64,000 nucleotides of DNA from Mobula hypostoma. Taxonomy: Eukaryota. Position 1 is the stretch's first letter. Each line of letters starts with the position of its first letter. Under the pieces are notes generated by a model. The model searched no databases. It was not told the DNA's origin and saw nothing but the letters and a program-made list of their open reading frames with translations. Location: assembly GCF_963921235.1 (NCBI RefSeq), contig NC_086117.1, positions 25,172,001 through 25,236,000 of the forward strand. The letters are read 5' to 3'. Shown one piece after another: positions 13,667 through 26,340 of the stretch. The position numbers and the translations under genes were made by a program.

Positions 13667-14676
13667 CATAGTCATACTTTATTGATCCCAGGGGAAATTG
13701 GTTTTCGTTACAGTTGCACCATAAATAATAAATAGTAATAGAACCATAAATAGTTAAATAGTAATATGTAAATTATGCCAGTAAATTATGAAATAAGTCC
13801 AGGACCAGCCTATCGGCGCAGGGTGTCTGACCCTCCAAGCGAGGAGTTGTAAAGTTTAATGGCCACAGGCAGGAATGACTTTCTATGACACTCTGTGCAG
13901 CATCTCGGAGGAATGCGTCTCTGGCTGAATGTACTCCTGTGCCCACCCAGTACATTATGTAGTGGATGGGAGACATTGACCAAGATGGCATGCAACTTAG
14001 ACAGCATCCTCTTTTCAGACACCACCGTGAGAGAGTCCAGTTCCATCCTCACAACATCACTGGCCTTATGAATGAGATTCTTGCTTCTGTTGGTGTCTGC
14101 TACCCTCAGCCTGCTGCCCCAGCACACAACAGCAAACATGATAGCACGGGCCACCACAGACTCGTAGAACATCCTCAGCATCATCTGGCAGATGTTAAAG
14201 GACCTCAGTCTCCTCAGGAAATAGAGACGGCTCTGACCCTTCTTGTATACAGCCTCAGTGTTCTTAGACCAGTCCAGTTTATTGTCAATTCGTATTCCCA
14301 AGTATTTGTAATCCTCCACGATGTCCACGCTTACCCCCTGGATGGAAACAGGGGTCACCAGTACCTTAGCTCTCCTCAGGTCCACCACCAGCTCCTTAGT
14401 CTTTTTCACATCAAGCTGCAGATAATTCTGCTTACACCATGTGACAAAGTTTCCTACCGTAGCCCTGTACTCAACCTCATCTCCCTTGCTGATGCATCCA
14501 ACTATGGCAGAGTCATCCCAAAACTTCTGAAGATGACAAGACTCTGTGCAGTAGTTGAAGTCTGAGGTGTAAATGGTGAAGAGAAAGGGAGACAAGACAG
14601 TCCCCTGTGGAGCCCCAGTGCTGCTGATCACTGTCGGACACACAGTGTTGCAAGCACACGTACTGTGGTCTGCCAT
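13667..14676 (-). mobile_element. Rex1 LINE, 5'-truncated, RT C-terminal frame open
   Basis: ORF 13810..14706 with STGAPQGTVLSPFLF, HLQKFWDDSAIVG (catalytic F[S]DD mutated) and YKYLG. ATGACT-type tail. Confidence 0.9.
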
Positions 14677-15169
14677 TCTGTTTAACACAGTATTGAAGCT
14701 GTCCATTCCCAGGTTTCATAATAAAAAGATATGATGTGACATTTTTAATCTGGAAATGCAAACTGTGTTATTTAGTTCACAAAACATTTGATCTCATTTG
14801 CCATTTTGTTCCATCTAGCATCCTCTAGTGGGAGTAATAATGTACTACAAGAACTGCAAATTGAATCACAGTATGGTATTATGCCATATTAAACTTTGTG
14901 TCTTCAAGCTCTCCAACTCAAGTAACTAATGTTTCTATAACATTAATAAAATAATATTAATATATTGAAATAATTACTGCCAATGCTTTGCGGAATTTTC
15001 AATATGCAAAATATACTAAATACCACAAGACTGATTTTTGAAATAAAAGACTGTGGAAGAGACTAATCACTCTAATAACTAAGAAGGTTATAAAACAAGA
15101 CTGCTGACTATGTCACTATGATTTTCAATATATGCTGAAACTTCCATATATGTGTGGTGGAGACTGGGT

Positions 15170-15835
15170 TGAATCATAGTCTGGTATGGAAACACTAATG
15201 AATGCCCTTGTATGAAAAATGCCCTCCCCACCATAGAACAGTGCCACAGGAAAGCAGCATCCATCAAGTACCCCGACCATCCAAGCCCCGCTCCCTTCAG
15301 TGTTTGAAGTAAATTTATTATCAGAGTACATATACAACCCTGAGATTCATTTTCTTGCGGCAATCACAGGATGGACAACAACATATCTGCAAAAAAAAAA
15401 CAAAAACAACAAACTGTACAGATACAAAAGAAAAAAAAAGGTGTGCTCAATGGTGGGAAGGCTTTACCCATGCTAGACTGGGCCATATCCACTACTTTTT
15501 GTAGGCTTTTGCAAGGGCACTGATGTTCCCATACCACGTCATGGTGTAACCAGTTAATGTACTCTCCACCAGACATCTTTCACTGTTGCTATCATGAAGA
15601 ACGTACAGGAGCCTCAGGACCCGCACCATCAGGTTCAGGAACAGTCATTGCCCCTCAACCATCAGGCACTTGAGCTTTTTTTATTGGTACATTGGGTGTT
15701 GTCCACCCTGTTGGGTGTGGTCTTTCATTGATTCTATTGTGTTATTAGCATTTACTGTGATTGCCTACAAGAAAATGAATCTCAGGGTTTGTATATGGTG
15801 ACATACATGTATTTTGACACAAAATTTATTTTGAA
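15170..15835. mobile_element. Mosaic of Rex/Babar-type LINE 3' fragments
   Basis: KSLQKVVDMAQS and YRSLRTRTIRFRNS-like remnants on opposite strands. Confidence 0.5.
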
Positions 15836-16880
15836 TTATGCTTCATTACATTAGCTTTATATAGTACAAGGATGTACTGCGCAAAAGACAAGGCTCTCAG
15901 CCACAATACAAAAAAAGGGAAAATTGGATATTAAATTCAAGAGTCACAGGACAGGTAAAATAAAAATCCAGAAGCTGTTTTCAGTGATTATCTGCTCTTC
16001 CAAAAAGGTCACAGCTACACAGATTCATCAGTACATTTAATTAATTAATTAATCAATCAATTAAAGATAATTTCAACTGTTATTTTGACTATTTAAAAAT
16101 TCCCCAATAATAAAACAGCTCAAAAATGAGACACAACTGAGGTTTTGAAAGTTTACACAGCCTTAATTCAAGTTGAAAAACATTTTAATTTAATATGACA
16201 CTCAGCTAATTATCTCTAAATCCTGTTCTTTATTTTTTAAATAATTGCCCATAATTTTTCCAATTATCAATTTTCCAATTTGCTTATCGTTTTGTTCTCT
16301 AAATTGTTAATACACCAACACACATGGTAGGAGATTAATTTTTTTAACTTTTTAATTTCCTGATTGAAGTCATCGATGGGAGTAAGACTAACAACAGGAA
16401 AAGGAAATTCTCAGATTGCTACATCCTAGTGGGCAAGTTTCCACAAAGTCAGCAACAAGTGCCATCATCTCATGGTTAACCACAAAATCTGAGCTTATAC
16501 GTATTGAGCAACATCAAGGAATAAATTATACACATTTCTATTTTTAAGCAACATTTTTATTTAATTTAAATTCACTTCAAGAAAGTGCTCATTCACAATC
16601 ACTTTTTCTGAAACTGGGGTACATTTTGATTTAGGAGCATATCTGTAAAAAACGACAACAGATACCTCTTAATGAATGCAATTAAATCAACAGATTGGGA
16701 TTTCAGGACTTGGGAAGAGGTTATTATTGGTGACATTAGCTGGGTCTTCCATGGTGCCATAGATTCCTGAGTGTAGCAACATTTCATGCCAAGAAAATCT
16801 CCAAGGAAGATAAGATTGAAGTTACAGTTGTCACATGCAGAGTATAATACTGGTTTAGACCACTTGGTTCTACATCCATG

Positions 16881-17040
16881 CATAGTCATAGTCATACTTT
16901 ATTGATCCCAGGGGAAATCGGTTTTCGTTACAGTTGCACCATAAATAACAAATAGTAATAGAACCATAAATAGTTAAATAGTAATATGTAAATTATGCCG
17001 GTAAATTATGAAATAAGTCCAGGACCAGCCTATCGGCTCA
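16881..17040 (-). mobile_element. 160-bp 3'-terminal copy of the Rex1 element at 13667
   Basis: Near-identical to 13667-13820, with an (ATGACT)n tail. Confidence 0.9.
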
Positions 17041-18323
17041 ATCCAATACTTTCAACAATTTGCACATCCATCCTTTACCCTTCATGACTCTGTACACATA
17101 TAATAAGAAAACATAATAGATAGCCTTGCAGCCACTCAAACCTGTTCCGTCATTGGTATGATCTGATCTTTGCTCTCAATACTATTCTACCAAATTGTGA
17201 CACCCTTTGTCATTATAGACCAAAAATCTACCTAACAAAGTCCCAAATATACAAGCATCTGGAGAAGATAATTCCAAAGATTTAGAAATATTTCAGAGAA
17301 GAATTTCCTCTTCATCTCAGCTTCAAAAGGGGGCCCCAAATTCTGGGTTGTGCACAGTAAAACAATCCTTATAGTATCTCAGAATATTGTTCCACTTTCT
17401 AAACCATAAATTACTCAAAAATATACGTTTATACCTTTTCCAATGCCTCATTACAATTTATCCTGTTACATTTGCACCAAACCATTAGCTCCACCTCATT
17501 ACAAGTACTTTCGGAAAATTTTACACTAATTGCACACAATGCTTCAGATGTAAAACCTCCACATAATTCAAAATTTAATAGAAAACAGATGTTAAGTCAA
17601 AATTTACTTAGCAAATAAAAAAATAATGATTACATGAACCTTCAACCTAAAAGATCTAGAGCACAGAACATAATTTTAGCTTCTGATTAATTTGCATTAC
17701 CGGCCAAAATCCAATAATTATAGAATATACTTTGATCAACAATGGAAATCAAACTAAATTCAATAATGGTCAATGTGAGCAAATGATTTCATTAACAGTA
17801 CTACTACCAGACAATTAACCATCACAAGCCTCAATAAGCAATAAAGTGACTAGGGATTGATGCATTTTAAATAAAGTTCACACCTGGGATTTGCACAGTG
17901 TCTAAGACTTCAATTCCTACCTTACTTTATCGCAGGCCTCAGGAGTTCACAGGCAAACTTCATAATTTCCAGCCCTGCGTAAAATTTTTATAATAATGTA
18001 GATTGTTTCACTGAGCAATTCTGCACAAACACTGAGTTATGACTGTGAAGGATTATTTACGTATTTCTGTCTTTCAGTTTACGATTCCTTGCTATTAAAG
18101 TATTTCAGAATAGGGGAATTGTCCCCAGCACTCAGGCCACATATACCCAAACCAACAAATCTGAAATTATGAACACATTTCTACTTGCATGAACTTGACG
18201 ACCTGTTAAATAATAGTGTATCCACTTCAAAAATTACATCATTGTCTGCAATGGATTTGGGACATCATAAGGTTCTGTATATACGTAAACCTTTTGTCAT
18301 TCTACATTTCAACACCTGAGATT

Positions 18324-19054
18324 CACAACACACTGGAGGAACTCAGCAGGTCAGGCAGCATCCGTGGAAAAGATCAGTCAACGTTTCGGGCCGGAATCCT
18401 TCGTCAGGACTGAAGAAGGAAGGGGCAGAGGCCCTATAAAGAAGGTGGGGGGAGGGTGGGAAGGAGAAGGCTGGTAGGTTCCAGGTGAAAAACCAGTAAG
18501 GGGAAAGATAAAGGGGTGGGGGAGGGGAAGCAGGGAGGTGATAGGCAGGAAAGGTGAAGAAGGAATAGGGGAAAACACAATGGGTAGTAGGAGGCGGCGG
18601 AACCGTCTAGGTAGTCTCCAGCCCCTTGGTATGAACATAGAATTCTCCAACTTCTGGTAATTCCCTCCCCCTCCCTTCCCCTATCCCTATGTCACTCTGC
18701 CCCCTCCCCCAACTGCCTATCACCTCCCTCATGGTTCCGCCTCCTTCTACTACCCATTGTGTTTTCCCCTATTCCTTCTTCACCTTTCCTGCCTAGCACC
18801 TCCCTGCTTCCCCTCCCCCACCCCTTTATCTTTCCCCTTACTGGTTTTTCACCTGGAACCTACCAGCCTTCTCCTTCCCACCCTCCCCCCACCTTGTTTA
18901 TAGGGCCTCTGCCCCTTCCCTCTACAGTCCTGACAAAGGGTTCTGGCCCAAAACGTTGACTCATCGTTTCCACGGATGCTGCCCGACCTGCTGAGTTCCT
19001 CCAGCGTGTTGTGAGTGTTGCTTTGACCCCAGCATCTGCAGATTATTTTGTGAT
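18324..19054 (+). mobile_element. Penelope-like element (PLE) derivative with inverted pseudo-LTR; palindromic
   Basis: 13-bp TSD AACACCTGAGATT (18311-18323, 19055-19067). Inverted arms 18324-18604 and 18733-19013. GIY-YIG tail RLGSLQPLGMNIEFSNFW* at 18604-18660. Confidence 0.85.
18375..18412 (-). ncRNA. Minimal type-I hammerhead ribozyme motif (PLE-borne)
   Basis: Minus strand reads CAGUC CUGACGA AGGAUUCCGGCCC GAAA CGUU GACUG. Confidence 0.65.
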
Positions 19055-19150
19055 AACACCTGAGATTTGGAGGTCAATTGTCCAGCTTCACTTCCCCTCC
19101 TTATAAAGGATAGAGATGCAAACTTCAGAAATCAAAGCCTAAATTCATAC

Positions 19151-19308
19151 CAGCAATCAACGAAGGCTCAGTTGGGTGGAATGCTAGACACATGACAGCA
19201 CTGGAAACATAAATCACAACGTCTGGTCGATTTGGGTTTAATCCTCTACGATCCAGATTCCAGGTACACACATAAGATTTCTCTGTGCTCCAGTCACCAT
19301 CCTGCAAC
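19151..19308 (-). CDS. DYNC2I2: DYNC2I2 coding exon 3
   Basis: [54 protein letters not shown]; cag/gtatga boundaries. Confidence 0.96.
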
Positions 19309-20079
19309 CTGTAATTAAGTTTAATATCCATTAACTATTATTCTGGGCAGCTCAAAAAGAACTTTAACACCAGAAGTAGAATGCAAACTTACAGGTTCAA
19401 ATAGTCATCATATTTGATGGAACAATACAAAGGCAATTGGTGACCCAGTCACAAATTAGAAAGCATATCAAATGAACTGCACAAGAACAATGAACTATTG
19501 CATATCTAATAGCGGTGTCCTCCAGTCCCTCTTATTCTGCTTTATGATTTGGATCGGTAGAGTACCAAGCAGATATGTTGAAGTCACTTGTGACAACACA
19601 GAAATCAGCAGTAACATGGAAATGGATTGTTCTCATGATCCATAATGTTCACTTGGATTATCACCCAGGAACTTCGGAACAATGCACAAAGAAGAATACT
19701 CTAAGCAATGTATTTGTTTAGTATCAGCTTGATCTACAATACTGAGTGAGAAAGCAAGCTGAGATGGGACTTTGTTCGATTCGTAACAGGTATTATTCTG
19801 ACAAACAACATGATACAACACATGAAATGAGATGACTGATGAAAAGTAGTATTTTTCCCCAATTACAGCAGCTATTCAATTATTTTTTAAGTATTTGTTA
19901 CTTCTTGCTATTTAAATTTGAAACAATTGCTACAAAAATAAAAATATCCTACTTCTTTATAACTGTTATTGCTTGTTAATATACAAATTAAGTTGAAATG
20001 AAACAAGCTTGCTTGCATACAGCAATTTTTCTAAGAAATGCTCAGGATTTCCATGCGCTGTTCAGGTATCTAATTACCC

Positions 20080-20355
20080 TTAAAGCACAATCACAGTTGT
20101 AATGAAGGTGAACAATTTGGCCAAAACTAAAGAAAAACGATCTAGTATTTTAATGATGTTAGTTGAAGCAAGCAGGACAATGAACTTGTTTCTTCACACC
20201 TAGTTAAAAGGCAGTTTAATACATCTCATTTGAAAGACAACACCTCTGATAATAATGCATTATGTCAGAATACAGTCAGGCGTCAACATTGATTTCGTTC
20301 TCAGATATTTCTAGAGGACTTGAACCCAACTAAAGAGCAAATCCATTGAGACTGA
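20080..20355 (-). mobile_element. Old DeuSINE-like (AmnSINE/SacSINE-type) remnant
   Basis: tttaatacatctcatttgaaagacaacacctctga...ggacttgaaccca resembles the Deu-domain SINE consensus as recalled. Confidence 0.45.
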
Positions 20356-21544
20356 ATCATAACACAGTGATAAAGGCACAATGCAATGACTAATGTCTTC
20401 AATACCACTGAAATAAACGTGAAATAAACAACATCTTTACCAACTCCTGGGAATCCTTAGCCCATGACTATTCAGAGACAAGACTTTTGAATATTACTAG
20501 CGTCAGGTCCACACATTAGGAGTGCACGGATACCCAGCATAAGCTGCAGAAGCAGCACAACAACTTATAAACTACCCACCCATCTATCCCATAGAAGCAC
20601 CACCTGTCCCAAGTGTGATAGAGTCTGCAGATGCTACATTGGCCTCATCAGTTATCCCACAGAACCAGAGTGGAAGCAAGTCATATTCAATCCCAAGGGG
20701 CCACCTAAGAAGCAGTAAGTATTTATGAGTACAGTAACAGCACAAGGAACAATTTAGACAGGCATATACGTTCTCCATATCGCACTACTTAAGTATCACT
20801 TCTTCAACCAACACCAAAAATAAATTGATTTTTTAATCTCCTTTCTACTTTTGAGAAGCAAACTCACTGCCCCTTTTCCAGAAAAAAACAATACTTCAAA
20901 AGGACTTTACTGTTTGTGAACCATTCCAGAACAATGAGAGTGTGATAAAGATACAATCAATAATTGTAGTTTATGCAAAACCAAATCTATTTTGCTCGCG
21001 GATTACCATTTCAAAATAAATGTTAAACATTTGGAGATTAGTTTTCAACTCATGACTTGAAACATCAAAAATACCTTTGCCTCCATAGGTGCTATTTAAC
21101 CCAGAGTTTCTCCATCAGTTTGGGTTTTTTTTTGCTGCAGGCATCTGCAGTCTCTTAGGCCTCGATTTTACAACTCAACTGAACTCTCTTCAAGGTATGC
21201 CCACTTTGAAGTTTTGGCCTCTTCAACAGGAGATCTGCAAGTTCTCAATTGTTTATACTGCTCTCCTCCCCTTTGACCACATCCTTACCAAGGTTCACCA
21301 CCTCCAGCCATGTGTCCTTTCTTGCTACTTGTCATCATTGCCATCTTGTACCATGAGGCTTCCAACTCTGTTTTCAGGTCTCCCTGTTTGGTCCCAGCCT
21401 GGATTTCAGTCATGTACATTCAACTCACCACTTCTCTCAAGGTTTTTCCCCTCAGTACCCCATGCTCCACCATCTCCACTGTGTGTATACCTTATGGCAT
21501 TTTTTAAAATCTTCCCTTCTCTGCCAAACCCTTGATTTTCTATA

Positions 21545-23050
21545 TGTACTATTATCTGCTATTCTTTTATCATGGATTCCAAGCATCTTGGTCTTCTGGA
21601 TGAGCCTCTCATGAGGGACTTTGCCAAACACTTACTAAAATCCATGTAGACAACATCCACAGCCCTACCTTCTTCAATCATGCTCATCATCTTGTCATAA
21701 AACTCAATCAAGTTAACTACGTCACGACATACTCTACACAAAGCCATGCTGGCTCTCTCTAATTAGGCCATGGTTTTCCAAATGCTGATAAATCCTATCC
21801 CTAAGATTTCTCTGCGGTAACTTCCTTACCACTGACATCAGACTCACTGGTCTATATGCTTTCCTGGATTATCCCTGGTTTCCTTCCTGAATAATAGTTA
21901 GCTACTTACCAGTCCTCTGGAACTCGCCTGTGGCTAGAGAGGACACAAAGTTATTGGTCACCCAACAATCTCCTTTCTTACCTCTCTCAATTCCATCAGG
22001 GAACACATCCATCCTAATGCTATATAAGAATCCCAACACTACTTCCTCCTTTATCTCCAAATGTCATAGCATTATCAATATGCTCGGCACTAATGTCCTT
22101 ATCCTCCACATCCTTCTCCTTGGTAAATACTAATGCACTCATTAAGGATCTCACCCACATCCTCCTCATCCAAACAAATGTTCCCTCCTTTATCCTTGAT
22201 TGGTTATACCCTCTCCCCAGTTATCCTTGTGCTCTTGATGTATGTATAGAATGTCTTGGTAATTCATTGAATATCGAGATAGGTGGCCAAGTTCTCTCTT
22301 GCTAGAGATGACCATCATTTGGGAGTTTTCTACCATCAATGCTATTTGTCACATCAGTCCATGCTTGAACTTTGCTTAGATCTTGCAGCATATAGAAACT
22401 GCTCTGTTTGCTGAGTAGCTGCAAGTTGCATTGAACATAATAAAACCCTCAGCGAGCATCTCCATTTATGATGGAAAAAAGACCCATCATAAATAAATAG
22501 GCTTAATGTGGATGCTCCAAAAAAATTCTTAAGGAACTCATGCAGTGATTCCTGGGCACACTGTATTCCTTGAAACATGTGATTCTAGCCAATGGAATGT
22601 TTTCTCTTTGATTCTCAGGCACCTTGAAGCCACACTCAGTCACAAGAAAACAGAAGCCAAAATAGGGCAATTGACCCTAAGCTGGCCTACTGGGCATTAT
22701 CTCCTCTAGGACTATGCCTTGGTCACTTGCAGTAACAGACAGATGAGATCAAGGGTACACCTACTTGACTTCATTTTCACTTGTGTTGATACATTCACCT
22801 CCTGTCACAGTCCTAGTCTGACATCTTCATCCTCCACAATAATCTATGGCGATGCTATCAAGCCATTCTTGCTGATGGAAATTAAAGTCCCCTATTTAGA
22901 ATATATTATATGCACTTCTACTTTCAATGATTCTTCCAACTGTTGTTTCACATGGAGAGCTAATTTATCAATTGAGTGAGTTGTAGATGGTAATCAGGAG
23001 ATCCTTGCTGTGAAACTTCATGTTCAGAGTTAGCTCAGCTTGATCCAGTA
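21545..23050 (-). mobile_element. Degenerate CR1-like LINE fragments
   Basis: ORF 21559..21747 (NLIEFYD...EGRAVDVVYMDFSK). Confidence 0.65.
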
Positions 23051-24030
23051 AGGCTTCCACTTGAGCTAGCTAGAACACAAAACTTCGAGTGGCATTCAAG
23101 AAACAATGGGATGACATTAATTGATTGCATCTAGAGAGATTCATTAAGTGGCCTCCGTCATTTATTAATTCTCTAGCTATAATTTATCACACTGCTATTT
23201 TGACACAAAAATATTCCTTGCAGTTTCTAGTTGATAAACATGTTTTAAAAGTATAAGTTTTTGATACCCATTAAATGTTGCTCACAGAAGAGTTCCAAGA
23301 ACTTTAGGGAAATATATAACTAATAAAGTAACATTCAAATTAACTACTACAAATATCTTCACTAATTATGAAAATAATTTATTTCTTGGTAATTTGCATG
23401 TTTTTACATGAAAAGGTACACAGACTTATGTGATAGTTTCTCTCATAACTTCCTGCTGCTGTCATGAACAAATTCAGAGCTTCCCCCCCCATTATACTTA
23501 ATGCTTCCCGTGAGCCTCAGATTAAAGGATAGAGAAATCTTGTATCCTTTAGATTTGCACAGTTCTAAATTGTAAGTGCCCTCTCTACAAATCTGATCAT
23601 TATATCATTAAATGGTTGTATACCAATGGAGATGGGAAGGAAAACAAAAAGTGCTAGAAATATGAGATTCCACATGAGGAAAGAATGGGTGGCTTACATC
23701 CCTAATTCCTTGAAAAGAGGGAGTCAACAAAGGACCCAATGGTTTCCTTAAAACTATGAGAAGTTTTAATCATTTGATAGTGGGAAAGAGAACAATTAGA
23801 GACAAGTGAATCCTCCTAACCCAAAGAATAATGAAAACAAGTAACAATGGACAGTAGCAGTTAAGACAAATACTGTACATCTATCTACGTAGGGAAAAAC
23901 CAGATTCAAGATTGTTTGATGTCATTTCCAGTACACAAGTGTAAAGGAAAACAAAATAATTGTTACTCTGGATCCGATGCAGCATAAAAAAAACACAACA
24001 TAAAGAACATTATAAATATAGTTACAATAC

Positions 24031-24140
24031 CTGCCATATGAACAAGCAATAACAGAGCCAGTAGCATTCCAGGACACACCAGTAACATGCAGCTGTCGCT
24101 CACAGGCTTCTGGATAATGCAGGGTATATAAGCATGAAAC
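24031..24140 (-). CDS. DYNC2I2: DYNC2I2 coding exon 2
   Basis: [37 protein letters not shown]; tag/gtattg boundaries. Read directly from the sequence; not in the ORF track. Confidence 0.95.
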
Positions 24141-26100
24141 CTAGAACAGAAATTAAAGAAATAAATGCATTAAACTTCCTCTTATAATCACCAAAAGGAA
24201 ATTTCCAAATTTTAGGCATCTTGCAGTACTCAGCACTAGTCAGTCAAATTATAGGATTGAACTAGTTTCATTTTGGAAAATCTCCCTTGCGTTCCTTCCA
24301 AAGCCAATATACTTCACAGGAGGTTAATAAATAAAACAGAATCCTGGCTGAGGTAGCTACAAACAAATATTTGCAAAATAGTTATTTTGATTTTGAAAAT
24401 CATTCAGATACTTTGCAGTATCCCAGCCTCTTATTGCCACACTAGAGCTCAAATCATGGAGTGGAACTGCATCTTCTAAAACTTGATTCATAGAAATCCT
24501 ATCATAGGAGCCAAAAAAACATATATTCTAAATCACTTTTATACCTCAGGAGCAAATTTATACAGAAGCTTTAAAATAGCAAAATCTCACGGGACTTCCC
24601 AGGAGCGTTATCCAACAAAGCCAAAATATTATAAATGACTCAAATATGAAAAAAAAATGCTAGCTACATTCAAGAACCCAGATAGCTTCACTGAGACAAG
24701 GGACAGATTTAACCTTTCAGGGCAAGGAAAAATTACAAATCAAGAATACAGAGGGACAGTGGGGTAGATATGAAACAACAAAAATGGAAGGTGTGTGATG
24801 AATGCAAGAAGGATTAAATTACAAATTAGATGACAAAAAGGGATTAAATTACAAATCAGACAATTTTGCAATGCAAAAGAGGGTGGTACTGGGATTTAAA
24901 GAGATTTAAATATGGCACAGAATCATTCTCAGCATTAACACTGGGACTGGTTTGATAAGAGAAACAAAGGCAGGGCAGAGCATTTCCAAGGAACTCCTCG
25001 AAAAAGACTCTGTATTTGATGCAAATGTCCTGACTGTGGACTATTACACATACTTAGCCCAGTATTGCACCACACCGGCATGATGAAAGGTCAAGATGAT
25101 CAAATGTTAACTAAACAACAAGATTCTAAACCTTAACAGATAGGACCATCTGATATGAACTTAATTTCATATTCCTCATCTGGAAAGATTAGGACACATC
25201 AGGAGAACCAAGGAATCCCATAATCATGACCATCTTCAGTAAAGCAGACAAATCAGACTGCTATAATCGTAGAGGACAATTACATTGCCTTCTAAAGGAA
25301 ACACAATTGCAAGGATCATCACCAGACAGCTTCTGCCAGTGGCCACACAGCTACTACCTGTGCTGATTCCATTCAAGATACACTATAGACACCATTATCA
25401 CTGCACAACAACTCAAAGTAGCAAACAAAGAACAGCATTTCTCAACCTGACTTCAACACTTATGAACCAAGAGATATCATGGCAAATCCTTCTCAAATCC
25501 GCCTGTCCTCAGAAATTCATCTTTAATCTGTGATTGCTGCATGATAAAATACAAGCCACGGTTCTTTGTGTTTACTATAGATCTTTTACGTGTAGACTGT
25601 GGTCAAGCAAATCTGTGTCGCTCCAAACTACTTCACCATCTTGCTCAATGCAATATGGCATCTCACTGCCTCCAACAAGTTTCCATAACTTGTGTGCTGA
25701 GTGCACAGCCATGTATGCGAACATCAGGTCTTTAAACCCAGCACAAAGCTTGAAATCTACCAAGTAGCACCACTGTCTGCTGATATACTTTGGAAACATG
25801 GCAAGCTACACCACGCAGATCATAGCTCCGCCATGATAACCCCAACGCTATTTCCACAAATTCATCCAAGTTCATTAGGGAAAAAATAAGCCAACTAACA
25901 TCAACACCTCTCCCAATCCAACATCTACAACATTCAAGGTCTAATGATCTTCAAATGGGTAGCACACATTGGCCACATGCCTGACACACTACTCCCAAAA
26001 CAGGCATCCAAGCACTGTCACAAGACATTTCAGAGAGGAAAACATTTTAAAGATGTTTTCAATGACCCATCAAATAAAATGTAACATGAACTCATGGGAA

Positions 26101-26294
26101 ACACACACAAAATGCTGGAGGATCTCAGCAGACCAGGCAGCATATATGGAAAAAAAAGTACAGTCAACGGGAAGAGTTTCGGCCCAAAGCGTTGACTATA
26201 CTTTTTTCCATAGATGCTGCCTGGTCTGCTGAGTTCCTCCAGCATTTTGTGTGTGTTCTTCAGATTTCCAGCAGCTGCAGATTTTCTCTTGTTC
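26101..26294 (+). mobile_element. Short palindromic PLE-derived element
   Basis: acacacaaaatgctggagga...tcctccagcattttgtgtgtgt palindrome; 12-bp TSD AACTCA(T/A)GGGAA at 26089-26100 and 26295-26306. Confidence 0.75.
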
Positions 26295-26340
26295 AACTCA
26301 AGGGAATCCTTATCCCATGATCATTTAAAATAGAAAATAA

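Noticed and set aside
13810-14706. Functional reverse transcriptase gene
   Set aside because: 5'-truncated Rex1 copy with an altered catalytic motif (FWDD).
18925-18961. Active hammerhead on the plus strand
   Set aside because: Core residues G8 and G12 are mutated to A.
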